From a virus (taxonomy: Duplodnaviria > Heunggongvirae > Uroviricota > Caudoviricetes), in IMG/VR virus record IMGVR_UViG_3300028048_001412, positions 173,858 through 237,857 of that record: a DNA stretch of 64,000 nt, one strand, 5' to 3'. The translations under genes and the position numbers were made by a program. Positions 27,128 to 39,202 of the stretch are shown here, piece by piece (position 1 is the stretch's first letter; the number at the start of each line of letters is the position of its first letter). The notes under the pieces are model-generated. The model saw nothing but the letters and a program-made list of their open reading frames with translations. It did no database searches and was not told where the DNA came from.

Positions 27128-27988
27128 ATGTTTGGATGGAATATTGAACAAGCAATTTTATATCCAATTATCATAGTAGTATTTTTATTCTATTTTCATT
27201 ATAAAGTATTTGGAGAAAATTATTACGTGGAATTTACAAATAGAGAAAAAATAGTATCTGTAGGAATAGGAGCTATAATTATAACAATTATAGTAGTTTT
27301 ATTTAATAGTTTAAGTGCTAAAGAAGGTGAATATTCAAGAATATTAACTTCAGCAACTTATATTGATAATAAAGATACTTTTGATTATGCTAGTAAAACT
27401 TCCATTGGTAATTCTATTATATCTACTACTTTTTCTACTAATGAACCTATAAGTGATAGGATAGCTGAAAATTGTTTATATTTGAAAAGAGATTACGAAG
27501 AATATAGACAACATACTTATACTACTACTGATTCTAAAGGTAATACTACTGTTCATACTTATTGGTCATGGGATCTAATAAATACAGATATATTTAAGTC
27601 TAATTCTATAAAAATATTTGATAATATCTTTAATATGTCTACTCTTAATATAGAATTTAGAAATCTTGAGGATATAGGAATAGATGAATTTGCTTATCAT
27701 AAGAGATATATTTATAGAGGCATTTATAATAATTCTCAAGGAATATTATTAACTTTTTTAGAAAATAATAATATAATAGATAATGATGTTTTAATTGAAA
27801 AACATACTATATTCTATAATAAATTAGATTCTAAAGAAGCAATTATAAATCAAATTCAAAATGAAGTTAATCAAGGTAAAATAGTAGTAATAATATTCTT
27901 TATTATTTTAGGAATAGGAATTATTTTATTCTTTGCTTATGCTGAAAATGATTGGCTTAATAATGAAGGTAGAAGACCAAGATGGTAA
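27128..27988 (+). CDS. membrane protein downstream of lemA
   Basis: Two N-terminal and one C-terminal TM helices. Confidence 0.75.
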   Translation: MFGWNIEQAILYPIIIVVFLFYFHYKVFGENYYVEFTNREKIVSVGIGAIIITIIVVLFNSLSAKEGEYSRILTSATYIDNKDTFDYASKTSIGNSIISTTFSTNEPISDRIAENCLYLKRDYEEYRQHTYTTTDSKGNTTVHTYWSWDLINTDIFKSNSIKIFDNIFNMSTLNIEFRNLEDIGIDEFAYHKRYIYRGIYNNSQGILLTFLENNNIIDNDVLIEKHTIFYNKLDSKEAIINQIQNEVNQGKIVVIIFFIILGIGIILFFAYAENDWLNNEGRRPRW

Positions 27989-28504
27989 TTAATATAAAAC
28001 GAGGTTAATATGATAATAAATGGATTAAAAAAGATATTTTCAAATCTTTATAAATTGGTTCCAAAGAAGAAATATACGTCTATGAACTTTAAAAGAGATA
28101 TGGATGATTATAAATTTGAGGTAAGAAATTATGCAAAAAAATAAGGCAAGATACAAAGTAAGTTTTGAAAAGGCAGGAGTTCCATTTTGTTCATATTCAA
28201 ATGATATAGTAGAAGCAACTAGATTTGCAAAAACTAAAACTGTAGTTACTGATCATCCTATAATTATTTCGGATGAGAAAAGAAATCTAGTTTTACATAC
28301 TATTTGGTAAGAAGGAATTCAATTATGAGTAATATGTCAGAAAAAGATATAAGAAAAGAAATAGATGAAAAAATTAAAGAATGGACTAAAAATAATCCAT
28401 TGGTTAGTTTTATCAAACAAAAAGACAAAACATTTTTAAAGAGATGGATAGAAGCATTTAAGATTCATCTATTTGAAGAATATATGGAAGGAAGCGAATA
28501 ATTT

Positions 28505-29335
28505 ATGAATAAAGTAGCTCAAGGTTCTATTGCAGATAGAATGAAAGAAAATTATGAAAATAGAAGTAAAACTTATTTAACTAGAAGAATACCAGTTATT
28601 ATTAGATTAGATATGAAAGCGGGTTCTTCTTATACTTCTCATTTTTATAAGCCTTTTGATGATATTTATTCAAAAACAATGGAATATACTGCTTATAATG
28701 TAGCAAAAGATGTTCAAAGTTGTAGATTTGTTTACACCCAATCTGATGAAATATCACTTCTTTTAAGAGACGATTTTGAATTAAATACAGAGGCATATTT
28801 TGATTATAATGTTCAAAAGATTGTTTCTATAACCTCTGCTTTAGCTACTTATTATTTTAATTATTGGATGAATCAGTTTTGGGATTCTTATAATAGAACA
28901 GATTATTCATATACATTAGATAAATTAATGAGAGAATTTGAAATAAATATAGATAAAACTAAATTAAAAGAAAATAGTGAAGTTTATGATCCATATAAAA
29001 GACCGGCTTTATTTGATTCTAGAGCATTTAATATTCCGAAAGAAGAAGTTTGTAATTATTTCATCTGGAGACAACAAGATGCTTCAAGAAATTCAATTTA
29101 TATGTTAGCAAGAAGTTTATTCTCTCATAAAGAATTACAAGGATTGAATGGAAAACAATTACAAGATAAAATGTTTGAAGAAAAAGGTGTAAATTGGAAT
29201 GATTTACCAACTAGAGATAAAAGAGGAATGTGTTTTTACAAAGGAAATACAGTTGAAGATAGAGGTTGGAATCCCGATGAAAATATTCCTATCTTTACTC
29301 AAGATAGAGATTATATAGAAAAATTTATTAAATAA
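28505..29335 (+). CDS. thg1: Thg1-like tRNA-His guanylyltransferase / 3'-5' polymerase
   Basis: IIRLD, TQSDEIS, FDSR, YFIWRQQDA.RN motifs. Confidence 0.9.
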   Translation: MNKVAQGSIADRMKENYENRSKTYLTRRIPVIIRLDMKAGSSYTSHFYKPFDDIYSKTMEYTAYNVAKDVQSCRFVYTQSDEISLLLRDDFELNTEAYFDYNVQKIVSITSALATYYFNYWMNQFWDSYNRTDYSYTLDKLMREFEINIDKTKLKENSEVYDPYKRPALFDSRAFNIPKEEVCNYFIWRQQDASRNSIYMLARSLFSHKELQGLNGKQLQDKMFEEKGVNWNDLPTRDKRGMCFYKGNTVEDRGWNPDENIPIFTQDRDYIEKFIK

Positions 29336-29353
29336 TTTTACAATGGAGCAAAT

Positions 29354-32149
29354 ATGAGCAAGATTTTAAATAAGATAAAAAATCATTTCAAATTAGAATA
29401 TTTAGGTCAATCTAATCCTGAAAGAGATGAAAAAGTAATATTCAATGAAAATATTAGAAAAGAAATATTTCAAAATAGATTAAAAGAAAAGAGATGTTGG
29501 ACTTGTAAAAATTTTGAAAGAAAATTTAAAGAAGGTGGACTTCATTGTGTTGGTGATACTAAACCTTACGGGACTTGCGGTTATATGAAAGATATTGATG
29601 AATATTATGAAAAACCATTGGTATATGAAAACGATACTTGTTCTCATTGGGATGACAAATATAATTTACCTTATTTAATAGAAGATATTGATAAACATAT
29701 AAATTAATTAAATAATGGATTAGATAAAAATGAAAAACTCAATTAAAAAAATAATTGAAAAAATGTTTGGGACTAGTGAACAAAGAAAAAATGCTCCTAA
29801 AACTAAAAAGAAGTGTAATATTTGCGGTAAAGAATTTGAAGCTTCTAAATATTACTGGGGTAATGATCCTTGGCCTTTATCTATGAATCCTAATTATGAT
29901 AAAGGTTATTGTTGTGATAGCTGTAATGCTCATATAATAGCTCCAGTAAGAGCAAATATGAATATTACCGTAGATTATGATGGTAAATCTATTACTGATT
30001 TAGCCAATTCTACTTGTAAAACTTATTTGGATGATAATAATATTACATTAAAATCATGTTATTCAGTAGAAGAAATTAGAGAATTATTAAAGAATGGATT
30101 AAAACGTAGAATTTGGGTTGATTCTTATGGAAAAACTACTCCTATAAAAGATATGTCTACTAGATATATTAAAAATTGCATAAAAGCAGTTAAAAAAGAA
30201 AAGATTAAAAATTCACTTTATGGACAATATATTCCATTATTAGAAGGAGAATTGTTAAAAAGACACGATGAATAAAAGATATAATAAATATAGATATTTG
30301 TATATAGAAGATTCTGAAAATCCAAATATAATGTATCCTATTAAAATAGCTTTAACTTCTATGCAAGAAAGAAATAATTTTCAAAATTTTCCTACTGATA
30401 ATAATCCGTTTAAATATGAATTATGTAGACAAAGAGTTGAAGGATTATCAAAAAGTTTATAATGAATAAAATGTTAATGAACGAGGAATATATTTATGAA
30501 AAATAGACCTAAATTTCCAGAAGGATATAAGAAAAAATTAAGTGCTCAAAAATTACAATCAGATTTACTTAAAATTATAAATGATGCATATCCAACCTTA
30601 AATCTCACATCAGATAATTTAAGAAGTTATTTATCTGTTGAACCTTATCAAGTGGATTATCCTGACGCTTTTGATAATATAAATTTATCTCAAGAAGATT
30701 TTGTATATAATGTTGATGTAAGTCTCAATGAGGGTGATATAGGCTCTGATCTTTTTGAAGCTTCTAATGATATCGTTAATATGGTGAGTGAAAAATTAAA
30801 AGAATATAATCTTTATATAAGGGTATTTGATTGGGGTGGCGATAGTTGTGATGGAGATGCTATAGATGAATGCACTTTTTATATAAGTAATAAAAACTTA
30901 AATGAATTTTATAAAGAAGTTAAGAGAGGAGAATTACCATATAGTGAAGATATAAAAGATTGGCACAGATAAAATATTTAGAGGTAATAATTATGATAAA
31001 ATGCGATAAAGGTTTCTATAGAGAAAAAAAAATTAAAGAAGATAAAGAACTTATGAAACAATCTATTATTATAATTTCAATTATATTAAGTGTGATTATA
31101 AGTTGTATTTTTAACAATCTTCGTGAAAGTGCTATTGAAGGGACGGCAAGCTATACTATTTTTGAAAATATGGAAACACTTTTTGGAGTAATTTTTATTA
31201 TATCATTTGCGAGAATGGTTCTTTATATGTTTTCCGTAACCTATAAAGATACTTTCATGAAGGAGGATGAATAATGAAAAAATTTATTTACTGCCAAGAT
31301 AGACATAGACAACCTGATTTAAGAAATAGAAATGAACGAAAGTGGTTTTGTGTAGGAGAAACAAGTAAGAAAGCCGCAGATAAGTTAATTCATAAAACTT
31401 TTGTAGGTAAATCTATTGAATATATTGGAGAACTGGATAAACTAGATTGGACCTATTATAATTTCAAAGATTATTGTGTAGAATTGCATCAAATAAGAGA
31501 AATTTAGGAGAAAATAAAGTATGATGGCAACTTTTATGAGAAAAGATTTAATAAAGATGCACAATGAAATTCCTGAAAACAAGAAGAGTAAGAAAAGTCA
31601 AGCTTATATAGCCTTTCTTCAAGATGTAAAAGAATTTAATGAAGGCAATTTTAAACCATCTAAACGAGGTTTAATAACCGTAAAACTTGGAGGATTATAA
31701 TGAGAATAAGATTAAATAATTGTTATGGTGGAAAAGCTACTTATGATAAAAACTTTAGATTTGGAAACAGAAAAAAAAGAAAATATCCACCGGTTCCAAA
31801 AACAAGTGGAGTTAAATCAACCAAGGAGAATTAAATTATGAATTATTATAAGAAACCAGACTTTAAATTAGCATTATTTATGATAGCGTTTCTATCTGTA
31901 ACAGCCATCGGAGTAATTACTTATAAAAAGCCAGAACAAGTTCAAGCTTATTATGAAACCGGTTCAAATTACATAACTAATACTAATGATAAAGTAAAAA
32001 TAATTGCCGAAAGTACAAAAGGAAATTTAGAAAATTCAATAAATGAGTTTCTTAAAGAAAATATTATAATTAACATTGATTACGAATATTGTAGTGGAAT
32101 AATTGGAGGCAATTATCAAGCATTAATTCATTATAAAGAAAAGAAATAA
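29354..32149 (+). other. block of small hypothetical genes (29730-30275 has a zinc-finger motif)
   Basis: Packed + strand ORFs. Confidence 0.7.
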
Positions 32150-32181
32150 ATATAGTATTAATTATCTTATAATATAAATTA

Positions 32182-32218
32182 AAATAGATATTTCATAAAA
32201 GAAATGTCTATTTTTTTT
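32182..32218 (+). terminator. rho-independent terminator
   Basis: ATAGATATTTC/GAAATGTCTAT hairpin plus T-tract. Confidence 0.8.
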
Positions 32219-32229
32219 ATATAAAACCC

Positions 32230-32275
32230 TTGATTTTTTCTCTGAAATATCATATAATATTATTATAATATTATA
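32230..32275 (+). promoter_or_regulatory. sigmaA-type early promoter with tandem TATAATATTA repeat
   Basis: TTGATT-17 bp-TATAAT. Confidence 0.8.
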
Positions 32276-32297
32276 AATAGTTTGGAGGAACTTTTAT

Positions 32298-34212
32298 ATG
32301 AGAAGTAGAAGAAAGGATTATTCTAAATGGTATAATCAAATATGGCGGGATAATATTTGGTTTCATTTTAAAAAACCTATTATAATAGGAATTTTAATTA
32401 TATGTTCTTTAATTTCTTTAACTTATTTAGGATTTAAAGGATATAATTATATTCAAGAATCTAAAAAAATAAATGCTGAATGGGAAATTGTTCATCAAAA
32501 ACTTTTAGAAGAACGAGAAGAAAAAGAAAGAAAAAAGAAAGAAGAATATGAACAATGGTTAAATAGTCCTTACAATGCAGTTAAATTAGCAAAAAGAAGA
32601 GCTGAAATAGAAGAAGAAAGAAAACAAGAATTAAAAGAAAGAGAAAGAAAAGCATATAAAATAGGTGACCAAATAATAATTCTAGATTTAGATAATGCTA
32701 TAAACTTTCAGGGCAAATTAATAGCAAATAGAATAGGTGTAGACGTAGTTAGAGGATTTACTGAATATGGAAGTATTATAGGAGATAAAGGAACTTATTC
32801 AAGAGATTATATTAGAAAACCTTTTTCAAAATCAGAATTTAGAGAATTATTGAATTTAGAATTAAAAGGAGAGTTGAAATAATATGAATTTTGAAACATT
32901 TGAACTATTATTAGAAATGATATTAGGATTTTCTTTTATAATAATTATTATTATTGTAACTTTAAAAGTAATTGATTTTATGAATAAAAGAGATGAAAGA
33001 AAAAATGAAAATATAGGAGGAATATAACTTACTATGAAAGATTTTATGAAAATAATATTATATGCAATTGTGATTATATTGATATTTTTCATATTTAAAG
33101 GAATTGTAGATAGAGATGTTGTAATTTCAAATAAAAATAGAGAAGAATTAAATAAACTTTCAATAGAATATGTAAGTGAAGGAGAGTTTAAACCATATGA
33201 ATTAAAATTTCTCTATTTAAAATCTACTCTTAAAAACTTTGATTATTATCTAGTATATGATGTAAGAACTAAAATAGTTTATTTGAAGAGTGATAGAGGA
33301 ATTACTAATTATTATTCAGAAAACGGAAAATTATGTAAATATAATCCAGATAAAGATATAATTGAGGAGATAAAATAATTATGTATGGAGTATTATTAAA
33401 TAGAGAACCTATGGGATTACAAGAACAAACAGGAGTATTTAAACCTATAGTATTTAATACGATGGAAGAAAGTCAAAACTTCTGTGAGAACTTAAAGAAA
33501 TCATTCAATTATAATCCTAATATAGAAGTTATTCCTTGTAATATAATGACTAAAGAAGAATATGAGAAGAAACAATATAGTAATATTCCAGGAATAAATG
33601 AAGTAAATACTTATTCAAGATTAGATTTCTATGATGGAGAAGGTGAACAATGAATGAATTCTAAAGAGTTTAACGAAATAGTTAGAAAAAGTGAATCATC
33701 TAAAATTAAAATCATTGCTCCTACTAGAGTTGGACATCATATATCTCTTAATGAAAAAGAATTAAAAGATGGAATAGATATGATTCAAACTATGATTAAA
33801 GAGGAACATTCTAAACTATGATAAGTTCAATTCCAGAAATTAATAAAAATGAAATAGGCCATTATTGCAAAGGAAGAATTACTACTATTCATGGAGAAAC
33901 ATTAAAGGAAGCAATTAATCTTTTTCAAAAATTTAATTCTCATATTTATATATTAGCAAATATTTTTAATGAGAAAATGAAGAAAAAGGAAATCAAATAA
34001 TGAATTATATAAAATCGGGAAATACATTTATAGGAATAGATGATATAACTAAAAGAAAAATTGATATTTTATTATCTGATCCTAATATAGAAGAATTAGA
34101 AGTATTTTCAAACGGAGTAATAAAAGTAAAAAAGAACTATTCTATACTATTAGCAGAAAAATTCAATGATATGATGAAAAGAGGAAATAATAATGAATTG
34201 GTACACAAGTGA
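32298..34212 (+). other. block of small hypothetical and membrane genes
   Basis: Packed + strand ORFs. Confidence 0.7.
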
Positions 34213-34948
34213 TTTACATTTAGGTCATGTTGCAATTATCGGGATGCAGAATAGACCGTTTGCAAATGTAGAACAAATGAATAATACAATAATTTCAAAT
34301 ATAAATTCTATAGTAACTCCTAATGATAAACTTTTTATTTTAGGAGATTGTTCTTTACATATTTCTTTAGAAGAAACTATTAGACTATTAGATAGAATTA
34401 GATGTAAAAATAAATATCTTATTAAAGGAAATCATGATAAAGATGGATATCCTGAAGGTTATTTTAAAGAAATTCGTGATTATATGGAATTAGAAGATCA
34501 TAATCATTGGTGGATTTTAGAACACTATCCTTTACTTTCATGGAGACATCAAGGAAGAGGATATATTCATTTACATGGGCATCAACATAATTCACCAGAA
34601 TATAATATCAATAATAAAAACATTGGTATTTTAAGATATGATGTAGGAATGGATGCAAATAATTTTATGCCTGTAAATGCAAAACAAATTATAGAATTCT
34701 TTGGTGAAGATAATTTACAAAATCCATTTAAAGATCACCATAATAAAGATAGAGATATTTTAACAGAAATTACTAAAGAACAGCAAGAATTATTTGAAAA
34801 ATTGATGAAGTTAAGAAGATTTCTTAATTCAAAATCTATTTACAATGTATCTCAATCACAATTAAATGGATTAGTTAGACAAGAATCAGCAATGACTGAT
34901 TATTATAATTCTTTACAAATGAGAATTGAAGATTTAAGAAAAGGATAA
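34193..34948 (+). CDS. calcineurin-like metallophosphoesterase
   Basis: TSDLHLGH, LGD, GNHD, HYP, LHGHQH. Confidence 0.9.
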   Translation: MNWYTSDLHLGHVAIIGMQNRPFANVEQMNNTIISNINSIVTPNDKLFILGDCSLHISLEETIRLLDRIRCKNKYLIKGNHDKDGYPEGYFKEIRDYMELEDHNHWWILEHYPLLSWRHQGRGYIHLHGHQHNSPEYNINNKNIGILRYDVGMDANNFMPVNAKQIIEFFGEDNLQNPFKDHHNKDRDILTEITKEQQELFEKLMKLRRFLNSKSIYNVSQSQLNGLVRQESAMTDYYNSLQMRIEDLRKG

Positions 34949-34953
34949 TTTTT

Positions 34954-35751
34954 ATGAATAAAAGATTATTCAAAAAACTTAAAAATTGGTCTTACAATGG
35001 CTTAAGTAATGAAGAAAAAATTAAAAGTCATAAAGAAAAGATAAAATTATATAATGAAGACCCATTCTATTGTAAACATTGTGGAAAAGCAATACTAATA
35101 GAATCATTTGATGAATTAAAAGATAGAATGAAAGCTTATGAAAATGGAAATAATATATTCTGTAGTTCTTCTCATGCGGCTATTTATAATAATAAGAATG
35201 GAGGAGAAGAAAGATATAAGAAAAGAGCCAAATCTTTATATAAAAAGTTAGAAGAATATAAATTTCCTGATTCTAAAATAAAAGAAGCTTTTAATAAAAG
35301 TAAATCTATAAAAGAATTCTTAAGAAATCTAGGATTAAAGAAAAAATATATAACTACTTATTTAATAGATAAATGTGAGCAATTAGGATTAGATTTAGAA
35401 CATATAAAAGTAAAACCTGCTGATTTTTCTAAAATAACTAAAAAAGAATTATATGATAAAGGTTATGCTTATGCTAGAAGTGCTATTACTACTAATGCAA
35501 AATCCATATATGATAAGTCAAAAAGACAAACTAAATGTTGTAATTGCGAATGGGATATTCATATAGATATCGCTCATATAAAAGCGGTTTCAGAATTTTC
35601 AGATAAAGCATTAATATCTACTATAAATAATATAGATAATTTAGCTCCTCTTTGTCCTAATTGTCATTATATTTATGATAAAACTAAAGGGAAAGAAAGA
35701 GATGAAGTAAAAAATTCAATAGATAAATGGTTGAAAGAACAAAATGATTAA
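34954..35751 (+). CDS. HNH endonuclease
   Basis: CCNC..DIAHIK..NLAPLCPNCH. Confidence 0.85.
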   Translation: MNKRLFKKLKNWSYNGLSNEEKIKSHKEKIKLYNEDPFYCKHCGKAILIESFDELKDRMKAYENGNNIFCSSSHAAIYNNKNGGEERYKKRAKSLYKKLEEYKFPDSKIKEAFNKSKSIKEFLRNLGLKKKYITTYLIDKCEQLGLDLEHIKVKPADFSKITKKELYDKGYAYARSAITTNAKSIYDKSKRQTKCCNCEWDIHIDIAHIKAVSEFSDKALISTINNIDNLAPLCPNCHYIYDKTKGKERDEVKNSIDKWLKEQND

Positions 35752-36025
35752 AATAAATGTAAGATAAGGAGATTTTATAAATTATGAAATTATATGCACT
35801 TTTAAAATTATTAAAAAATAACTTTTTAGATGATATTTATCTAAATGGTAAAAGAGTATTTTGGTATAAAGATATTGAAATATTAAGAGATGGTGTTGAT
35901 TATACTGCAAATGATATTGAAGATGTTGAAATTGAAGATCTTCTAATATTGCCAGGTGAAAGATTTCCAGAAGAAAATCCAATAGTATTAAAAATAACAA
36001 CAAAACAAGAGGAGGAATAAATAAT

Positions 36026-36415
36026 ATGAAAAAAATTGTAAGTTTATTGCTAATTTTATTATCAGCATTTAGTCTATGTGGATGTAGAGAATCTGATATT
36101 GTAAATCATAATCTATCAAAAGAAGCCGATTTCTTCAATGTAGAAAGAAGAATAACTGTTTATAATTGTAGAACTGATAAAATTCTTCTTAATATTGAAG
36201 GATATATGTCTTTAAGTAACAATAGTGAAAATGAATTAGTAGTTACTTGTAAAACAGGAGTAAATGAATACAAGAAAAACTATGTAATATTAAATGATTG
36301 GGTTATTTATGTAGTGGAAGATATTACAGGAATTCATACAGATCCATATCATTATCAAGTAGTATTTAATCCTGAAGCTGTAGTACCTTCTATTCAAAGT
36401 GCAAGAAGTCAATAG
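36026..36415 (+). CDS. conserved phage lipoprotein
   Basis: Lipobox LCGC; NLSKEADFFNVERRITV. Confidence 0.75.
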   Translation: MKKIVSLLLILLSAFSLCGCRESDIVNHNLSKEADFFNVERRITVYNCRTDKILLNIEGYMSLSNNSENELVVTCKTGVNEYKKNYVILNDWVIYVVEDITGIHTDPYHYQVVFNPEAVVPSIQSARSQ

Positions 36416-37007
36416 TATGAAATTAAATGTAAATAATGAAAATTATATAAATATTTATCTTCGAGGTTCAAGGCTATTTGGAACTGCAAATGATAAAAGC
36501 GATTATGATTACATCGTAGTTGTTAAAGACTTCACTGATTATCCTTTAACTGCAGAAGATGGAAATGAATCTTACGCTTTTGTAACTAAAAGTGCTTGGG
36601 AAAGAATGGCAAGAAAAAATCAAATTGAGATTTTTGAAGCTGTTTTTGCTCCTAAAGAATTCAAGATTAAAGAAACTTATATTCCTAATTTTGAATTTAA
36701 CTACGAATATGTAAGAAGGAATTTTAGTAAGCAAGCCTCTAACTCTTGGGTAAAATGTAAAAAGAAATTAACTTTACCTAATGAAGATAAATATATTGGA
36801 AGAAAATCAATGTGGCACTCATTAAGATTACTTATGGAAGAAGCTCAACTACTAAAATATGGTAAAATAACTGATTTTCAATGTGCTAATAAATACTACG
36901 ATGATATAGTAAATACAGATAAAACTTGGGAAGAATTAAAAGAAAAATATCAACCTATATATAATGAACTTCATTCAGAGTGCAAGAAATTATTTGATAT
37001 ACATTAA
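36399..37007 (+). CDS. second nucleotidyltransferase (Pol-beta-like)
   Basis: GSRLFGT...SDYDY; KSMWHSLR. Confidence 0.8.
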   Translation: MQEVNSMKLNVNNENYINIYLRGSRLFGTANDKSDYDYIVVVKDFTDYPLTAEDGNESYAFVTKSAWERMARKNQIEIFEAVFAPKEFKIKETYIPNFEFNYEYVRRNFSKQASNSWVKCKKKLTLPNEDKYIGRKSMWHSLRLLMEEAQLLKYGKITDFQCANKYYDDIVNTDKTWEELKEKYQPIYNELHSECKKLFDIH

Positions 37008-37013
37008 TTAAAA

Positions 37014-37676
37014 ATGAATAAAATCAAATCCGCAAAAATAAATAAAGTATTAAAACATAGAAAGTTAAAACCTTTCTTAAAATATTTTAATTCTGTAAAA
37101 ATAAGTTACGGAAATAAAGTACTAAATGTAACTGGATTTGATATTTATAGAAGAATAATAAATATAAATGATTCTTATTATTTAAATCCTGTAACTTTTA
37201 TTCATGAGATTACTCACTTTAAAGATTATTATTGTAATAAAAGAATTTGCACTATACCTTCTCCGACTGGATATCACATAGATTATTATATAAATGAAAA
37301 AGAATATAAATTATTAAAAGAGACACTATTTAAAGATATAGAAATAAAAGAAATAGAAAGAATAATGTCTAAATTAGAAGGATTATTTAATAGATATAAA
37401 TATAAAGAACATTTACAAGCTATGTTAATAGATATATTCAATAGCATTAGTGGAGGAAAATATAGTATTTACATCTATGGAAACGTTAATACTCATAATT
37501 ATAGATATTATAAAGATAATGTTAAAAGATTTATTGAAGTTAATGCAAATTTCACAGCTTTAACTTCAATATGCGGATATGATAAAATAAAAAGAATATT
37601 CACAGAATTGAAATACACAAAACTCTATGATAATTTATACAGAATGCATAAAATAGTATCTAGAGAATACATTTAA
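37014..37676 (+). CDS. hypothetical protein, HExxH motif
   Basis: FIHEITH, EVNAN. Confidence 0.6.
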   Translation: MNKIKSAKINKVLKHRKLKPFLKYFNSVKISYGNKVLNVTGFDIYRRIININDSYYLNPVTFIHEITHFKDYYCNKRICTIPSPTGYHIDYYINEKEYKLLKETLFKDIEIKEIERIMSKLEGLFNRYKYKEHLQAMLIDIFNSISGGKYSIYIYGNVNTHNYRYYKDNVKRFIEVNANFTALTSICGYDKIKRIFTELKYTKLYDNLYRMHKIVSREYI

Positions 37677-37783
37677 AACTTGTAAAATAGAAGAAAATAG
37701 TATTTTATAATATATTTTATTAGAAATTAAGAATAATAAATGTATAATATTATAATAATATTAAATGGGGGAATAATTCAAAT

Positions 37784-38557
37784 ATGAAAGTATTAGATAT
37801 GGAACCTATTATAGAAAAGGTAAAAAAGTCTATTATTGAAAATCTAGATATTGAAAGATTAGTTATTTTTACTGATTCTAATCCTGATAATTTAAGTTAT
37901 TGTAAAGGAATAAAGAAAGTAAATGATAAAGAACATTACGTCGATGAAGTAAAAATAATAGATATAAATTCAGAAGAATTTGATAGATTTAGTATTGGAC
38001 CTATGGCTTGTTTCTTTTCTAGTAGAGTATATATAATGGATTCTGTGTTAAATGATGAAAAAGTAAAATCTTTCATAGATGAATTTGGGTTTTTATGCTA
38101 TAGTGAAAAAGCCACTAATTGTAAATTAATTACTCCTACTCCAAATGCAATAATAGATACTATTTTATATTATTATAAAAATGATTTAACTAATATTGTA
38201 ATTACTATAGCAAATAGAAGTAATTTAATAGGAAAACCTACCGCATTTAAATTAATAGATTTAAATGCTACTATAAATTGGGTTCATACTAAAACAAATG
38301 ATTTATTAAAAAATCAATATTTTAATGAATGTGATTGTATTATAACTGCCGCAGGAAAACCTAAATCATTCTCTCATTGTAATAATGGAGATAATGAACA
38401 ATTAATTATAGATGTAGGAATAAATGTAGTAGATGGAAAAGTATGTGGTGATTGGGATATAGATAAGATTGAAGATAAAAATATAATAATAACACCTAAT
38501 CCAGGAGGAATAGGAAAACTAACTACCTATGAACTATTTAAGGAAATTCTCAAATAG
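37784..38557 (+). CDS. folD: FolD-like methylene-THF dehydrogenase/cyclohydrolase, divergent
   Basis: NRSNLIGKP, HTKT, IITAAGKP, IDVGIN..GD, TPNPGGIG.LT. Confidence 0.8.
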   Translation: MKVLDMEPIIEKVKKSIIENLDIERLVIFTDSNPDNLSYCKGIKKVNDKEHYVDEVKIIDINSEEFDRFSIGPMACFFSSRVYIMDSVLNDEKVKSFIDEFGFLCYSEKATNCKLITPTPNAIIDTILYYYKNDLTNIVITIANRSNLIGKPTAFKLIDLNATINWVHTKTNDLLKNQYFNECDCIITAAGKPKSFSHCNNGDNEQLIIDVGINVVDGKVCGDWDIDKIEDKNIIITPNPGGIGKLTTYELFKEILK

Positions 38558-38627
38558 GGTAGGAAATACAGTATCTCATATTTTAAAGTTAGTTCTATGA
38601 GGAAAGGCAAACCGATGTAAATATTTT

Positions 38628-39191
38628 ATGAAGTTAATAGTGATGGCAAATTTGATACAAATATCTTCTATATTATTATCATTTTACGCAAATACAGTAA
38701 TAAATAGAAGAAAGAGCTCTATTTTATGGATAATAATTTGTTTAATAGATATAATTCCTTACTATATGTTAAATGCTTATTGGGGAATATTTGCTTCTTT
38801 ATGGTATCTGTCAATAAAAACAATTACTTTATTCTTACATAAAGAAGAAAAGATAGTCCAACCAATTGGAGAAGCAATTATATTAGCAATTCCAATAGTA
38901 TTTATAGGAATAGCATTTTATAAAATAGAAAATAATCCATTTTATATAGTTTTAGGAATTGTGAATGCTATAAATTCTATGTTATTTATAGTAAGAAAAG
39001 ATATTCATAGATATATGTTAGATGCAACTTTTGATATAGGATATATTACTTATGATTTTTATGTATTAAATTTTAGTTCAGCAATAAGATATATAATTGA
39101 GATTATAATATTTATTTGTAATATTTATAGATTACATAAAAACAGTGAGGGTAAATATTATACAGATAAGACAAACGTAATTGAAAAGTAG
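38628..39191 (+). CDS. multi-pass membrane protein (YgjV-like)
   Basis: Hydrophobic pattern. Confidence 0.6.
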   Translation: MKLIVMANLIQISSILLSFYANTVINRRKSSILWIIICLIDIIPYYMLNAYWGIFASLWYLSIKTITLFLHKEEKIVQPIGEAIILAIPIVFIGIAFYKIENNPFYIVLGIVNAINSMLFIVRKDIHRYMLDATFDIGYITYDFYVLNFSSAIRYIIEIIIFICNIYRLHKNSEGKYYTDKTNVIEK

Positions 39192-39202
39192 AGGTAAATT
39201 TT

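Noticed and set aside
38600-38625. c-di-GMP-I riboswitch-like GGCAAACC
   Set aside because: The downstream GAAA hairpin and GACGCAAA motif are absent.
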